DNA of 64,000 nucleotides, taken from the IMG/VR virus record IMGVR_UViG_3300030380_003294; one strand, given 5' to 3'. This document shows, piece after piece, positions 36,601-44,952 of this stretch. The notes beneath the pieces are model-generated. The model was not told the origin of the DNA. It made no database searches and saw nothing but the letters and a program-made list of their open reading frames with translations. Made by a program: the position numbers and the translations under genes. Source of the DNA: a virus. How positions within the stretch are numbered: the stretch's first letter is position 1; every line of letters begins with the position of its first letter.

Positions 36601-37854
36601 TTGATATGCATTGGCAAGAGATGAACCTGTAGCATTAGGGAAACCGTGAATATTATTGACAATAACATTATTACCCATCTCAAATGGAATAATAGTGTTC
36701 TGTGCTGAGTTAGTCTCTCTTGGTTTTTCTAAGTCAACGTATGTTGGAGATAGAGTCTTAACTCTGTATCCTCTAACATATGCAGTTCCTGGACCAAACT
36801 CAATAGAATATAATCTTTCTGCTGCAACATTACCTTGAGCAGTTGTAGATCCAGATTCATATACACCATTGTTAAAACCATCATCAAGATTTTCTCTAGC
36901 AGTAATCTTGAAATCTTTAACAACATAGTCACCAGATTCCTCAAAGGTTCTGGTTGCCATAGATCTTTCTAATTCATCATATGCACTTCTATCAACAAGT
37001 TTCTCAACTTTACTATTATTGATTCTTAATAGTTCTAAGAAATCTTTATCAGCGTCATCAGTTAGAAGTTTCTTAACTAATCTTGTGGTGATTCTAAATC
37101 TATGAGAACCAGGAGCAGCATAGTTACTTGTTCCAGCAGCGTTATCATTGAGACTAAGGTCATCCTCTGGAGTAATAATGGATTCTTGAATATCAAGTCC
37201 GATACGATAGGAGGGGTTGCTTCCATACTGATCTAATAGTAAGTATTGGTATTGTACGTCAACAAAGAATCCTCTGATGAAGTATACACCTTCTTGAATA
37301 TATGCTACTGAACCTTGTTGTAATGCAGCAGTAGGAAGTAATTGAGCGAAGGGAGAACCAACCTCAATCAAAGTTGTACCGAACGTAATCTCAGTATCAG
37401 TGATTAACTGTTCATTATTTGAAAATGTCTGTTGAGTATTTTGTGTTCCACCAGATTCAATATATTTAATGTAGAGTGTAATATAACCTTTCGATGAATC
37501 TGCAGAAGAGATACTGAATAATACTTTTGCCTTTACACCAGAAGTAAGACCCTCAATGATCTTTCCATTCAGTTGAGTTCTATACAACTCAACATCAGCA
37601 CCCAAGAATGATTCTTGTAACTGGATAGCGTCTACGTTTAGATCATAACCGACTTGACCAGGGATAACCATGGATCCATCTTTGAAAAGATGCGAACCTA
37701 CGTTCTCTACCTGATTCTGCATAATAGACTGCAGAGTCGTTAGTTCTCGTGCTTGGATTGGGAACCCAGGACGAAATAGCACTCGATAAAAGTTTTTCGT
37801 TTTATCGAAATCGTCGTAGTATGGGGTGACGTTTAGATTGGTGTTTTGTGCCAT
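30625..37854 (-). CDS. Large virion structural protein (2,409 aa; VrlC/DUF4815-like)
   Basis: N-terminal NLNVTPYYDDFD..KNFYRVLFRPGFPIQARELTTLQSI, RYTMRDIG..ERR, KNGFIVDDF and DPLAQSF; follows g8 in cyanomyophages. Confidence 0.85.
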   Translation of the reverse strand: MAQNTNLNVTPYYDDFDKTKNFYRVLFRPGFPIQARELTTLQSIMQNQVENVGSHLFKDGSMVIPGQVGYDLNVDAIQLQESFLGADVELYRTQLNGKIIEGLTSGVKAKVLFSISSADSSKGYITLYIKYIESGGTQNTQQTFSNNEQLITDTEITFGTTLIEVGSPFAQLLPTAALQQGSVAYIQEGVYFIRGFFVDVQYQYLLLDQYGSNPSYRIGLDIQESIITPEDDLSLNDNAAGTSNYAAPGSHRFRITTRLVKKLLTDDADKDFLELLRINNSKVEKLVDRSAYDELERSMATRTFEESGDYVVKDFKITARENLDDGFNNGVYESGSTTAQGNVAAERLYSIEFGPGTAYVRGYRVKTLSPTYVDLEKPRETNSAQNTIIPFEMGNNVIVNNIHGFPNATGSSLANAYQTIELRDTYTATPGQQSGNIIGFARLAAIEHTSDGDNTTFGDADDTYNVNLFDIQMFTVLELASSVNISAGSLLVGATSGARAYLVDAISGSDHIKCYQVEGSFTVGEMVTVDNLNVDTIEVVHGYSFSDTRQIVSRDESTNATEFTSDIILSDIQVIQGSTFTYDASGGSEKITGSQSNFALDLKPGDRIFFNGTQYVEVDKINPTSLTGSQVSTIFNYAAQTVNVTPGPGGAAPSAGTYTALLRQRSKLNNIENANLLSEMPKKYIKSISDESMIVRRTFDAQTVASNSISITLPENEQFQAISDTNYTFTVLAGSNSTHPVGDQITINTTNSGAVGYTTFTSSDRTTIQIDNLTNITSIKVTATISKNVTQRKTKSGQQMFVLKVNKTVENLDKQNYNLTYSNLYGTRIQDRDLSLGLVDCYRLHAVYESNDDNDPVLPSVTLVEPTFFATGTIVTGRTSKARAKVVAFSSGTLKLSLVYISGTLQSGETIDGFDSNGTAISAIINDSVGSVIAGSKVITDNYFLEVNQTGFIYDISKITRKKGVATPIRKVLMVIDYYTHSATGDYFGGQSYLDTAYTDIPFFKTTYLADFLDFRPGCKNLYSGTGTVASPAFVNCSTFDFKSRVFNVSGTPNATIFDVPKIQSDFRCDFDWFLPRIDKAFLTPAGEFQLIKGKSSELPKEPDDLKDGMLLATMSHKPYGFDPETDIVITRSDNRRYTMRDIGGIERRLDQVEYYTSLNMLESDTFNTKIIDADGKDRLKNGFIVDDFSDHSKSETSHEDFASSLDFASGELHSSHYTTNVPLEVNTTLSSNYQKTGPIITLPYAELTIINQPYASRVENINPFNVFTYIGRIDLTPASDDWLETQRLPQRVTQIEGDFEAVSSELRVDQNGFAPIQWNAWRDQWTTSRTIGSRVTRNSFWLEMDRGRSPSPGVWGGRGMRRVNRTETLLTTTRQTRSGIRSRVIPRIDRQSLGDSVVSSTAIPWIRSRNVKVNVERLKPRTRFYSFFDGKKVSDYFTPKLIELIKNPSTDARTNSTPFIPGETVRGQNSGCVLRVANPDDLYVNNPYDDTVMATSYASTTAYLNIDTDALASNAVGQFYGNIQVGEVLVADSGARAVVKDRRLVSDRFGKMQASFFIPPASVDTNPRWATGTRTVRLSTSDTDSRLAGAVASSAEAEYEASGTLNRVRENVLAVRNAEIVRDTVNQTRNFNTIRTETRQIGWYDPLAQSFISDEEGGVFLTSVEVYFFKKDTNIPVSMQVRTMENGYPTTSILPFSDVTLEPSQIQLSETAAVATKFTFKAPVYIPQSIEHCFVLLSDSNEYQIWISRMGEIDITGDRTISEQPYAGVLFKSQNASTWTADQYEDLKFKVNRAEFDTSGLSTVTLNNAPLDIGNGGKLNLQADPVQTFIPEIDLVLNSTTLPYTVGARIYQKTTLAQGTIAKRTVTTGGVILTVKDITGTFAAGSNTGGVISNRIVSSKTTATMVVSGASGDFTVGETITGNSATAPTAEVVSWTAGSNTLTLSFVSTDFVTSPAETITGGSSSVTATVSSVTYSGDAIEASAVSDGYPTATPTYSTSQRKVRIAHSNHCMHSSANNVIISGIKSEVSPTYLTAAISASDTSLNVNDASAFHTIINGATISATVKGYARIISDAGTEIVSYTAISGDFQTITLSERGLDGTTAVSHVDESIVECYNLDGIPLIEINKTHNGILNPTLDTYEIATSSIGRLGIRSGGFGAVATQNVQYDILVPQIERMLLPETGITARINGISGTSINDGNTRLQESFSNDGVFSDIILSEDNLLSAPQLICSSINESSELAGAKSFRLDLTLTSNKGNVSPLIDTDRMSMTTVMNRINSPANPNTAKLSVGDLHDAVYITRSADLVNPSGAIKVLFTGYRPANTFIKVLYRVRPTGSTDPIETFGFEFFPDAGANVPPTTEKTIFKDYEYEVSGLNFDQYQIKIVFTSPNQSLTPILQDLRAIALAV

Positions 37855-39386
37855 TAGAACTCGATTACGATTTTGATGTCTTCTACTTGGTCGTTAGCAC
37901 GACTAATTGATCTCCTATTATCTATGTACACAACCTGACCAGTGTTTGAAGCAACTTCGGGTTTTGCATAACCGTTGTTGAACTTCATACCCAGATCATA
38001 TTCTGTGTTGTTGATAGTTCTAGAAGATGAGTTGGGAACAGCAGGGAAGTTGACGTCGGGTTGTCCTGCAGCACCAGAGGTTGCACCACTGATTACGTTA
38101 GAACCGTCAAACTCATTCTGTGTACCAGTAACTTCTGGGAAGATACCGTCAACTGCGTTCTGATAATACTTCAGAAGTTTAGTTGTAGCATTCCAAGAAA
38201 TCACTCTTCCACGAGCAGTAACGTTGGTTCCACCAACAACTCGTGTTTGTGTGATGATCTCATCAGGAACGTAGTTACCTTGGAATGTAGGAGCGAAGAT
38301 AACTGCTTTAGCAGCAGAAATCGTCAAGTCAGAGATAAGTTCCGATGTACCAAATTTAAGTGGGTTTGTGATAAGACCGATACGACGATAGTCATTATCA
38401 ACAGGGAAGTCACCCGCACCCTCATCGTATGAGAGTTTAGCGTTAATCATAACCCTAAAGGCACCGATTTCTGTAACAGCATCTGCACCATGCCCACCAG
38501 GAGGAGGCAAGATAACGTCAACTTGTCCACCAGTACCAGTACCGATACCAGTGATATTATCAATGGTGATTTTACCGAATGTATATCCAGTACCACCAGA
38601 TGTCACCGTGGCAGAGATAACTTTACCACCGTCAACAACAATAGAAACACGACCACCAGTTCCGTCACCGTTGATCGCTACGTTATCGTATGTTCCGTTG
38701 TTGTAACCAGAACCTGCAGCATTAATAACAACAGTATCGACTTCACCTGCAACTGCGTTGGTTTGGACTGCAGCGTTTGTGAAGACAGGCATGTAGTCGT
38801 TAGAGAAGAATTTAAGAACACTAGCAACGGGGATAGTGTACATATACTTCCAACGATAACCATCACCTGTTGTAATGATACTAGTGCTAGTGCCAGTAGG
38901 CTCAACTGTACTAGGTTTACCATTTGGATCTGAAGGAGATGTACCATTGTAGATACATTTGTATACTTGATACTGAGAGTTTACAACGTAAAAATCAGAA
39001 TCATAGAGTTTAGTAGCACCAGATGCAGCAGTCTTTGATGGGGAATAGTCATGACGATACATGTCATAAGTAAAACCCAATCCACCAGTAGTTTGTTCTG
39101 GAGAAACCCAGTCAATTCTACGACAAACTTGAACGGTATCTGAAGCGAGGACACGTTTCATCGACACCATGTCGTCATAAGAACCAGAAAACTCTGAGAA
39201 AGAGTCCACTGCCTGAGGCGGTGAGTTCTCATTATCCCAAGGTTGCGGTCTTCCAATAAACAAATACAAACGATCTCTCGTTGCACCTGCTACATCGTCA
39301 CTCTGGGTCGAATCAGGACCTTCGAGTGCCTTGATGAACTTTTTCGCAGAAAATATTCTAAACTGATCAGTAAGTAGGGCTGCCAT
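37854..39386 (-). CDS. g8: Baseplate wedge protein gp8
   Basis: LYLFIGRPQPW, YDMYRHDY, VYKCIYNG, DGYRWKYMYTI and YIDNR....R...Q.EDIKIVIEF. Confidence 0.93.
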   Translation of the reverse strand: MAALLTDQFRIFSAKKFIKALEGPDSTQSDDVAGATRDRLYLFIGRPQPWDNENSPPQAVDSFSEFSGSYDDMVSMKRVLASDTVQVCRRIDWVSPEQTTGGLGFTYDMYRHDYSPSKTAASGATKLYDSDFYVVNSQYQVYKCIYNGTSPSDPNGKPSTVEPTGTSTSIITTGDGYRWKYMYTIPVASVLKFFSNDYMPVFTNAAVQTNAVAGEVDTVVINAAGSGYNNGTYDNVAINGDGTGGRVSIVVDGGKVISATVTSGGTGYTFGKITIDNITGIGTGTGGQVDVILPPPGGHGADAVTEIGAFRVMINAKLSYDEGAGDFPVDNDYRRIGLITNPLKFGTSELISDLTISAAKAVIFAPTFQGNYVPDEIITQTRVVGGTNVTARGRVISWNATTKLLKYYQNAVDGIFPEVTGTQNEFDGSNVISGATSGAAGQPDVNFPAVPNSSSRTINNTEYDLGMKFNNGYAKPEVASNTGQVVYIDNRRSISRANDQVEDIKIVIEF

Positions 39387-39424
39387 TTGCTAGGTACTAT
39401 TGTCCTCCTGTTTATTTATCGTAG

Positions 39425-42400
39425 TTACGAACGAACAACTGTAGAATACTCAATACCCTTAATTCTATAAGAGGCACCGCCATTTCCAGTAAGGTTCTCG
39501 CCACCCAACACTGCTTGTGCTGCAGCGTTTGCACCTGTAGTATCACCACTCGCATTTGTAAATGTTACAGTTGGGTGAAGATTGTAGGTGCCATCTACCG
39601 TTTGAGGGATTCCATACCCTCCATTATTAATGGTGATTGATGCAACTTGGTCTCCTGCAGTTGTCATTACAACAGTACCAGTTGCTTGAATATCACCAGT
39701 ATTCTCGATTGCTATTGTTGGGACTCCAGTATAGTTTGTTCCTGGATTTGCAATAATAAAGTCAATAATAGTGTTCTTAGAAGAAAACTCATATAACAAT
39801 CCACCGATACCAACGTTAACATTACCTGTATTATAAGGTATGATGTCCTTAACAACTAAGAGACCAGTTGCAGGTGTCCAAGATACAACCGTACCTCTGA
39901 CTCCAGATATTGATCCAGTCACAACCTCATTAACACTAAAGTTTTGACTGTTACCTGATGGAACATCTAATGTGATATTTAGGATAGCAGGATGTGATAC
40001 ACCATCAGAGAGTCCACCTGCCTCAATAACAGTTGCATACTTGAATGGAATATCAGCGTCTTTAATGCTGTCACCAACTTGGAATAGAGTTGTGTTAGTA
40101 CCACCTTGTGTCTCTTCAATACCATAAAGTGAACTAAAGATTCCACCATCAAGACTAATTTGATTTTCAAAATCAGTAGAAGTGTTCACCAGATCAGGAA
40201 TACCATCTCCTGCACCTGCATTTTCAGCAATATCTTGGAAATCTTTGTCTTGTATTGATCCAATAGGAATTGTAAATGTTGTGATGGTAGATCCTGTAGC
40301 ATCAATAACAACGTGTGGCAATACACCAGAACCAGAAGATGCTGCAACACCTGCATCAAATTGAACAATAGCATCTTCTGTAGATGGTCTACCACCATCA
40401 ATAAATGCTAGTTCATCAACTTCAAACGTTACAAGTAATTCTCTTGTGGAAGGATCATAATCATATACTTTTGCAACTTTATTACTTGCATTTTCAACAC
40501 GACGTATAACTCTGTCACCAACGTTAAATTTATAATTTGATAATCCTGTAGCAGTATTGTTCTGTGCTGTATCTAGTACAACTCTCTGATCATAATTAAA
40601 GTTTACACCACGAGTTAGACCAGTAAATCTTCCTGCACTCTTACTAGTATATGCAATGGTTTCTTTGTTGACAATGATTTGACCAGATCCAGGATATGCA
40701 TCTGTAGAGTCAACATAGATATTTGCATCATTTGCACCAACATCTTTTACAAGACCAGTTAAGTAGATTGCACTAGAGTTAAATGCCTGTCTTGCTCTAG
40801 TCTTACGCTTAAGATTTACAAGTTTGGTGAAGATAATGTTTGGTACAGAAGTATATCCTTCACCTGGATCTGTAATTGTAATACCTGTAACAGCACCTTG
40901 AGAAATTTGTGCTGTTGCTTTAGCACCAATACCTCCACCACCAGTGATAAGAACAAATGGTTCTTCTTGATAGAACTCACCTGGGTCTACAATATTGACA
41001 GATGTAACCTTACCAAGAGTGTCAATCTCAGCAGCACCTTGTGCACCTTGTCCACCACCACCTTCAAAGATGAGTGTTGGAGGAGATGCATAACTTCTAC
41101 CTTGATTAAGTAGAGATAGACCAGTAACTGTTTGAACAACAGGACTACCTACTGCACCAGTTCCTTGTCCTCCTAAAATTTTTGCTTTTGCAGGTCCAAA
41201 ATAATTATCACCCTTTCTAGTCATCTTGATATAAGAGACTGATCCGTTATCTGCTAGTACAACATCTCCAGTTGCTAACGTTGGGAAAGTATTAGGTTGT
41301 GCAGGAACGGGATCACCTTCAAACAGTGGTGCACCATAATACCTTGGACCGATGATGTATGGGAATGCAGGATTCCCACTACCATCTTCAGACATAAAGT
41401 AAGCGTAAGTTCCATTGGGATACTCTGGAGTTACGCCAAACTTTCCATTATATTCATCTAAAGTTCCGACAGATGCATCGTAAATGTAATCTGATGTAAG
41501 ATCACCCAAGATGTAACCGTCATTAACTAATCTGAGTCCATACCCAGAGTTGATATAAGAAAAGAGATACAATACTCCAGGTGAATCAACTGGGACTGTA
41601 AATCTTACTTCACGAGTTGTTGCTAATTCAAACCCAGAAAGATATTGCTGATAAGTAACACTCGATCCATCAATCCAGTACGAGATACCATTTCCAGAGT
41701 AAAGAACTGAAGCGTCACCAGTAATAACAGGATTATTAGAGTGCCAACCGTCCGTCTGCGTAGAAATGAGTATATGGTTTGAACCGTCATTGGTTGAGTC
41801 ATTTTGATTAAAAATGTAAGTTTTTCCTCTATACAGATTCAGAAACTCAGGTGATGAACCATTGAATGCAAACTTACCATTAGCAACAGTAACATTATAA
41901 GTTACCGTGCTTGCGGTGTTCACGATGGGTCTTGCACCTTGAAGTTCTGCAGTATTCCTTAAACGGTAACTAGAGGTTTCCCTAGCAACAGCACCCGAAC
42001 TGTTGTAACCATATGGTCCGTAGATCGGGTATCCGTCAAAGGACATACCAACAATTTTACTGTGACCATCTACATGTCTTGAATAATCAATATTTCCACC
42101 TGCCTCTGTGCCGAAGTGATCTTCGACATAGTAGGTATTCATGTTTTCTTCTTCCTCTTCCTCCTCAGCAGTGGTATCGAGGATCATATAACCTTCGTCA
42201 CCTGCATAACCAGACATGTATTGATGATAAGGACAATGATAATAAATCCTTTGTGTCTCATCACCATTCATGATGAAGATTGGTTGGAAATTCTGTTCGT
42301 AATCTGCAGCATACGCCCCAGATGCACCTGTACTATTGTAATATAACGTTCCATTAGGATCTCTGAGATTACCATCAGGAGTGGTGCTGAATCTCATTGG

Positions 42401-43681
42401 GTGTCCTTGTGTATGGACACTTGTTGGTTGGTTAGTTGCCCAATAAGGATTGATTAATACATTTGCAGGGTTTCTAAATTCACTTTGAACCCAAATGATT
42501 AGATAATTCTTTTGTACTTTGATACCCTCTGGAGCAAAGTAGAAAACACCTGGGGTAAAGTTACCAAACTCGTGTGCATCAGGACCAAATTCAATATAGA
42601 AAATACCACCAGGGAATTTAATAGGATCAGCAGATACTCTAAATTTGAATCCATTAGAACCCAAACAAAGATCACCATTTGAAAAATCATCACCAGTAAC
42701 TTGTCTGAGGTAAATTCTTGTAATTATTCCTGCATTATTTCTTACAATTTTTGCAATCTCACCACGTCCAGTTCCAGATATTTCATCTACAATTCTTCCA
42801 ACTTCTATAGTTCCCAAAGTTTCATCAACATTATCAACAGTGAGCATGATATTGTCAAACTCGGATTTAATACTCCAGTAGAATACTTCCTGCAATCCAA
42901 ACTGGAATACACCATTTGTTAATGCAAACTCATCAATCGTTTTACTAGTGTGATAGTAGTAAATTTGATTATCAATAAACGCATCATATGCATTATTACC
43001 CTTAACATAATCATACTTGACCACATCAATAGGGAAGTTTACTGGAGCATTACCAGTAAGACCCCAATCAGGAGTGTGTATGAGACCACCATTTGCTAAT
43101 ATACCAAGTGTCCTATTAGATGATAATCCTCTAGTTCCTGGATTTGGAACATCTTTACCACCTCTATAAACAAATGTTTGATCAAAATTTCTATCGATAA
43201 TAACATCCGACCCACCAGGTTTTCTCTCATCCAAATAAAGTTGAGATGGTTTTGGTGTATTATCAGATACTATTCTAAGTCTGTCAGTTTTTGTAGTTCC
43301 ATTTAATACAAATGATCCTTTAGTTACAGCATTTTGTATTACATCTAATTGACTTGGATATGATTGCCAAATTCTATTGATATCAAATGAATCTACTACG
43401 TTTGGTGTTTCTTGCTCAGGAATGATCTGCAAACGTAACGGATCGTATCCTCTTCCTCTGTTTAAAACTCTGACGTGTGTGATTCTACCAGAATCAGTAT
43501 CAATAATTGGATATAATAATGCTGCCACATCTGGTGTGCCACAACCAGTGATTGTTAAACGTGGAGGATCTGCAGGATCATACCCTGATCCTCCGTTTAA
43601 AACTTTTACTGCACGAACACCGAATACCTCATCAAAGATGGGTTCGATACTTGCACCTGTTCCTGGGACAGTCCTTGCCAT
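39425..43681 (-). CDS. Virion structural protein with YHYH-type and cupredoxin-like domains (1,418 aa)
   Basis: HSKIVGMSFDGYPIYGPYG...LDEYNGKFGVTPEYPNGTYAYF; GHP...YYHCPYHQYM; G-x-G-Y/P repeats. Confidence 0.8.
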   Translation of the reverse strand: MARTVPGTGASIEPIFDEVFGVRAVKVLNGGSGYDPADPPRLTITGCGTPDVAALLYPIIDTDSGRITHVRVLNRGRGYDPLRLQIIPEQETPNVVDSFDINRIWQSYPSQLDVIQNAVTKGSFVLNGTTKTDRLRIVSDNTPKPSQLYLDERKPGGSDVIIDRNFDQTFVYRGGKDVPNPGTRGLSSNRTLGILANGGLIHTPDWGLTGNAPVNFPIDVVKYDYVKGNNAYDAFIDNQIYYYHTSKTIDEFALTNGVFQFGLQEVFYWSIKSEFDNIMLTVDNVDETLGTIEVGRIVDEISGTGRGEIAKIVRNNAGIITRIYLRQVTGDDFSNGDLCLGSNGFKFRVSADPIKFPGGIFYIEFGPDAHEFGNFTPGVFYFAPEGIKVQKNYLIIWVQSEFRNPANVLINPYWATNQPTSVHTQGHPMRFSTTPDGNLRDPNGTLYYNSTGASGAYAADYEQNFQPIFIMNGDETQRIYYHCPYHQYMSGYAGDEGYMILDTTAEEEEEEENMNTYYVEDHFGTEAGGNIDYSRHVDGHSKIVGMSFDGYPIYGPYGYNSSGAVARETSSYRLRNTAELQGARPIVNTASTVTYNVTVANGKFAFNGSSPEFLNLYRGKTYIFNQNDSTNDGSNHILISTQTDGWHSNNPVITGDASVLYSGNGISYWIDGSSVTYQQYLSGFELATTREVRFTVPVDSPGVLYLFSYINSGYGLRLVNDGYILGDLTSDYIYDASVGTLDEYNGKFGVTPEYPNGTYAYFMSEDGSGNPAFPYIIGPRYYGAPLFEGDPVPAQPNTFPTLATGDVVLADNGSVSYIKMTRKGDNYFGPAKAKILGGQGTGAVGSPVVQTVTGLSLLNQGRSYASPPTLIFEGGGGQGAQGAAEIDTLGKVTSVNIVDPGEFYQEEPFVLITGGGGIGAKATAQISQGAVTGITITDPGEGYTSVPNIIFTKLVNLKRKTRARQAFNSSAIYLTGLVKDVGANDANIYVDSTDAYPGSGQIIVNKETIAYTSKSAGRFTGLTRGVNFNYDQRVVLDTAQNNTATGLSNYKFNVGDRVIRRVENASNKVAKVYDYDPSTRELLVTFEVDELAFIDGGRPSTEDAIVQFDAGVAASSGSGVLPHVVIDATGSTITTFTIPIGSIQDKDFQDIAENAGAGDGIPDLVNTSTDFENQISLDGGIFSSLYGIEETQGGTNTTLFQVGDSIKDADIPFKYATVIEAGGLSDGVSHPAILNITLDVPSGNSQNFSVNEVVTGSISGVRGTVVSWTPATGLLVVKDIIPYNTGNVNVGIGGLLYEFSSKNTIIDFIIANPGTNYTGVPTIAIENTGDIQATGTVVMTTAGDQVASITINNGGYGIPQTVDGTYNLHPTVTFTNASGDTTGANAAAQAVLGGENLTGNGGASYRIKGIEYSTVVRS

Positions 43682-43684
43682 TTA

Positions 43685-44929
43685 TTATGATACGACGTTG
43701 ATAGTTCCTTGCATTGCTGCATGGAGTGTACACTGATAATAAAGAGTTGATGGAGCATCAAATGGAACTGTCCAGTAAAGAACAGTAGTTCCACTACCAC
43801 TTTGACCAGTAGTATAAGGTGTTCCAGATAAACCTTGAGTGGATTGAATTCTAAATGGGTGTCCACCACCTTCAACAGTATTGTCAAAGGCATAGGTGAA
43901 ACCTCTATGCACATAAAGCGTAGGGTCACGGTTCTCACCTGCAGGAAGTCCTGGACCGTTGATGAGATAGTCACTACTTGAGTTTTCTACGGGTGCACCT
44001 AACTCATACCAAAGGATAGGACCAGTAGTAGGAGTAGGAACCCAGTCAGTTCCGTTATAGAACAGACCATCACCCTGAGTCAATCCTGACATGTTAGTAT
44101 CAGTCAAAGCACTCAAAGTAGTAGTCAAAGTTCCAGAGAAGTTTACCGTTACAGTGTCTCCAGAAACTGCAGTAGTAATGTTAGTACCACCTGCAATAGT
44201 TAGCGTATCTGTTTGACTATTAGCAGTTGTAGATCCTGTGTCACCTGCAACAGAAGCAAACGTGTTAATACTACCAATACCTGCAGAGTCATTAGCAGGT
44301 AACCATTTGCTGCTAGAAGCATTCCACTTTAAAACTTGATCATTACTAGGAGGAGTTGTACTTGTATCAACGTCTGCAAGTAAATTAATACTTGAATACT
44401 CTGTTACTAATTTTGCTCTTGTATCTCCAACACCACCTGCGGTGATATTAATGTTTACATATGGATTATCGTCACCATTAACCGTAAAGTAATAACCAGT
44501 ATACCCTGCAGCAGCAGGAGCAACACCTAATGAATTATATTCGTTCTTATAAGAAAGAGTAGTTGGAATATCTACACCACCAGTCGCACCATCGAAAGTT
44601 GAAGTAACACCACCTGCAGCAAGAGTAATATCTCCAGTTCCGTTCGTAGCGAGTGGAATATTACCATTTGATGAAGAAATAATGCTATTTCCATTTACAT
44701 CTAACGCTGCAGTGAGGTTAGTGTAATCTGATGGTAGAAATGTACTACCGTTGTATCTTAAAACTTGTCCTACAGCAGGGTTAGTGGTACTGACAGTGAG
44801 TGTCGTACCATTACCTAGTGCAGTATATAGTTCATTGAAGTTATCATTGACCTTATCGCCTCCGACTCTCAGGGTATCCCCTGTGTTGTCATTTGCCGAT
44901 GTGCCAAGACCGATGGTTTGCTTAGCCAT
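43685..44929 (-). CDS. gp9/gp10-like baseplate tail-fibre connector with C-terminal cupredoxin-like domain
   Basis: MAKQTIGLGTSANDNTGDTLRVGGDKVNDNFNELY is the gp9/gp10 N-terminal motif; C-terminus GHPF...LYYQCTLHAAMQG. Confidence 0.8.
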   Translation of the reverse strand: MAKQTIGLGTSANDNTGDTLRVGGDKVNDNFNELYTALGNGTTLTVSTTNPAVGQVLRYNGSTFLPSDYTNLTAALDVNGNSIISSSNGNIPLATNGTGDITLAAGGVTSTFDGATGGVDIPTTLSYKNEYNSLGVAPAAAGYTGYYFTVNGDDNPYVNINITAGGVGDTRAKLVTEYSSINLLADVDTSTTPPSNDQVLKWNASSSKWLPANDSAGIGSINTFASVAGDTGSTTANSQTDTLTIAGGTNITTAVSGDTVTVNFSGTLTTTLSALTDTNMSGLTQGDGLFYNGTDWVPTPTTGPILWYELGAPVENSSSDYLINGPGLPAGENRDPTLYVHRGFTYAFDNTVEGGGHPFRIQSTQGLSGTPYTTGQSGSGTTVLYWTVPFDAPSTLYYQCTLHAAMQGTINVVS

Positions 44930-44952
44930 TACTCGCTACGATTTTTAGTTAT

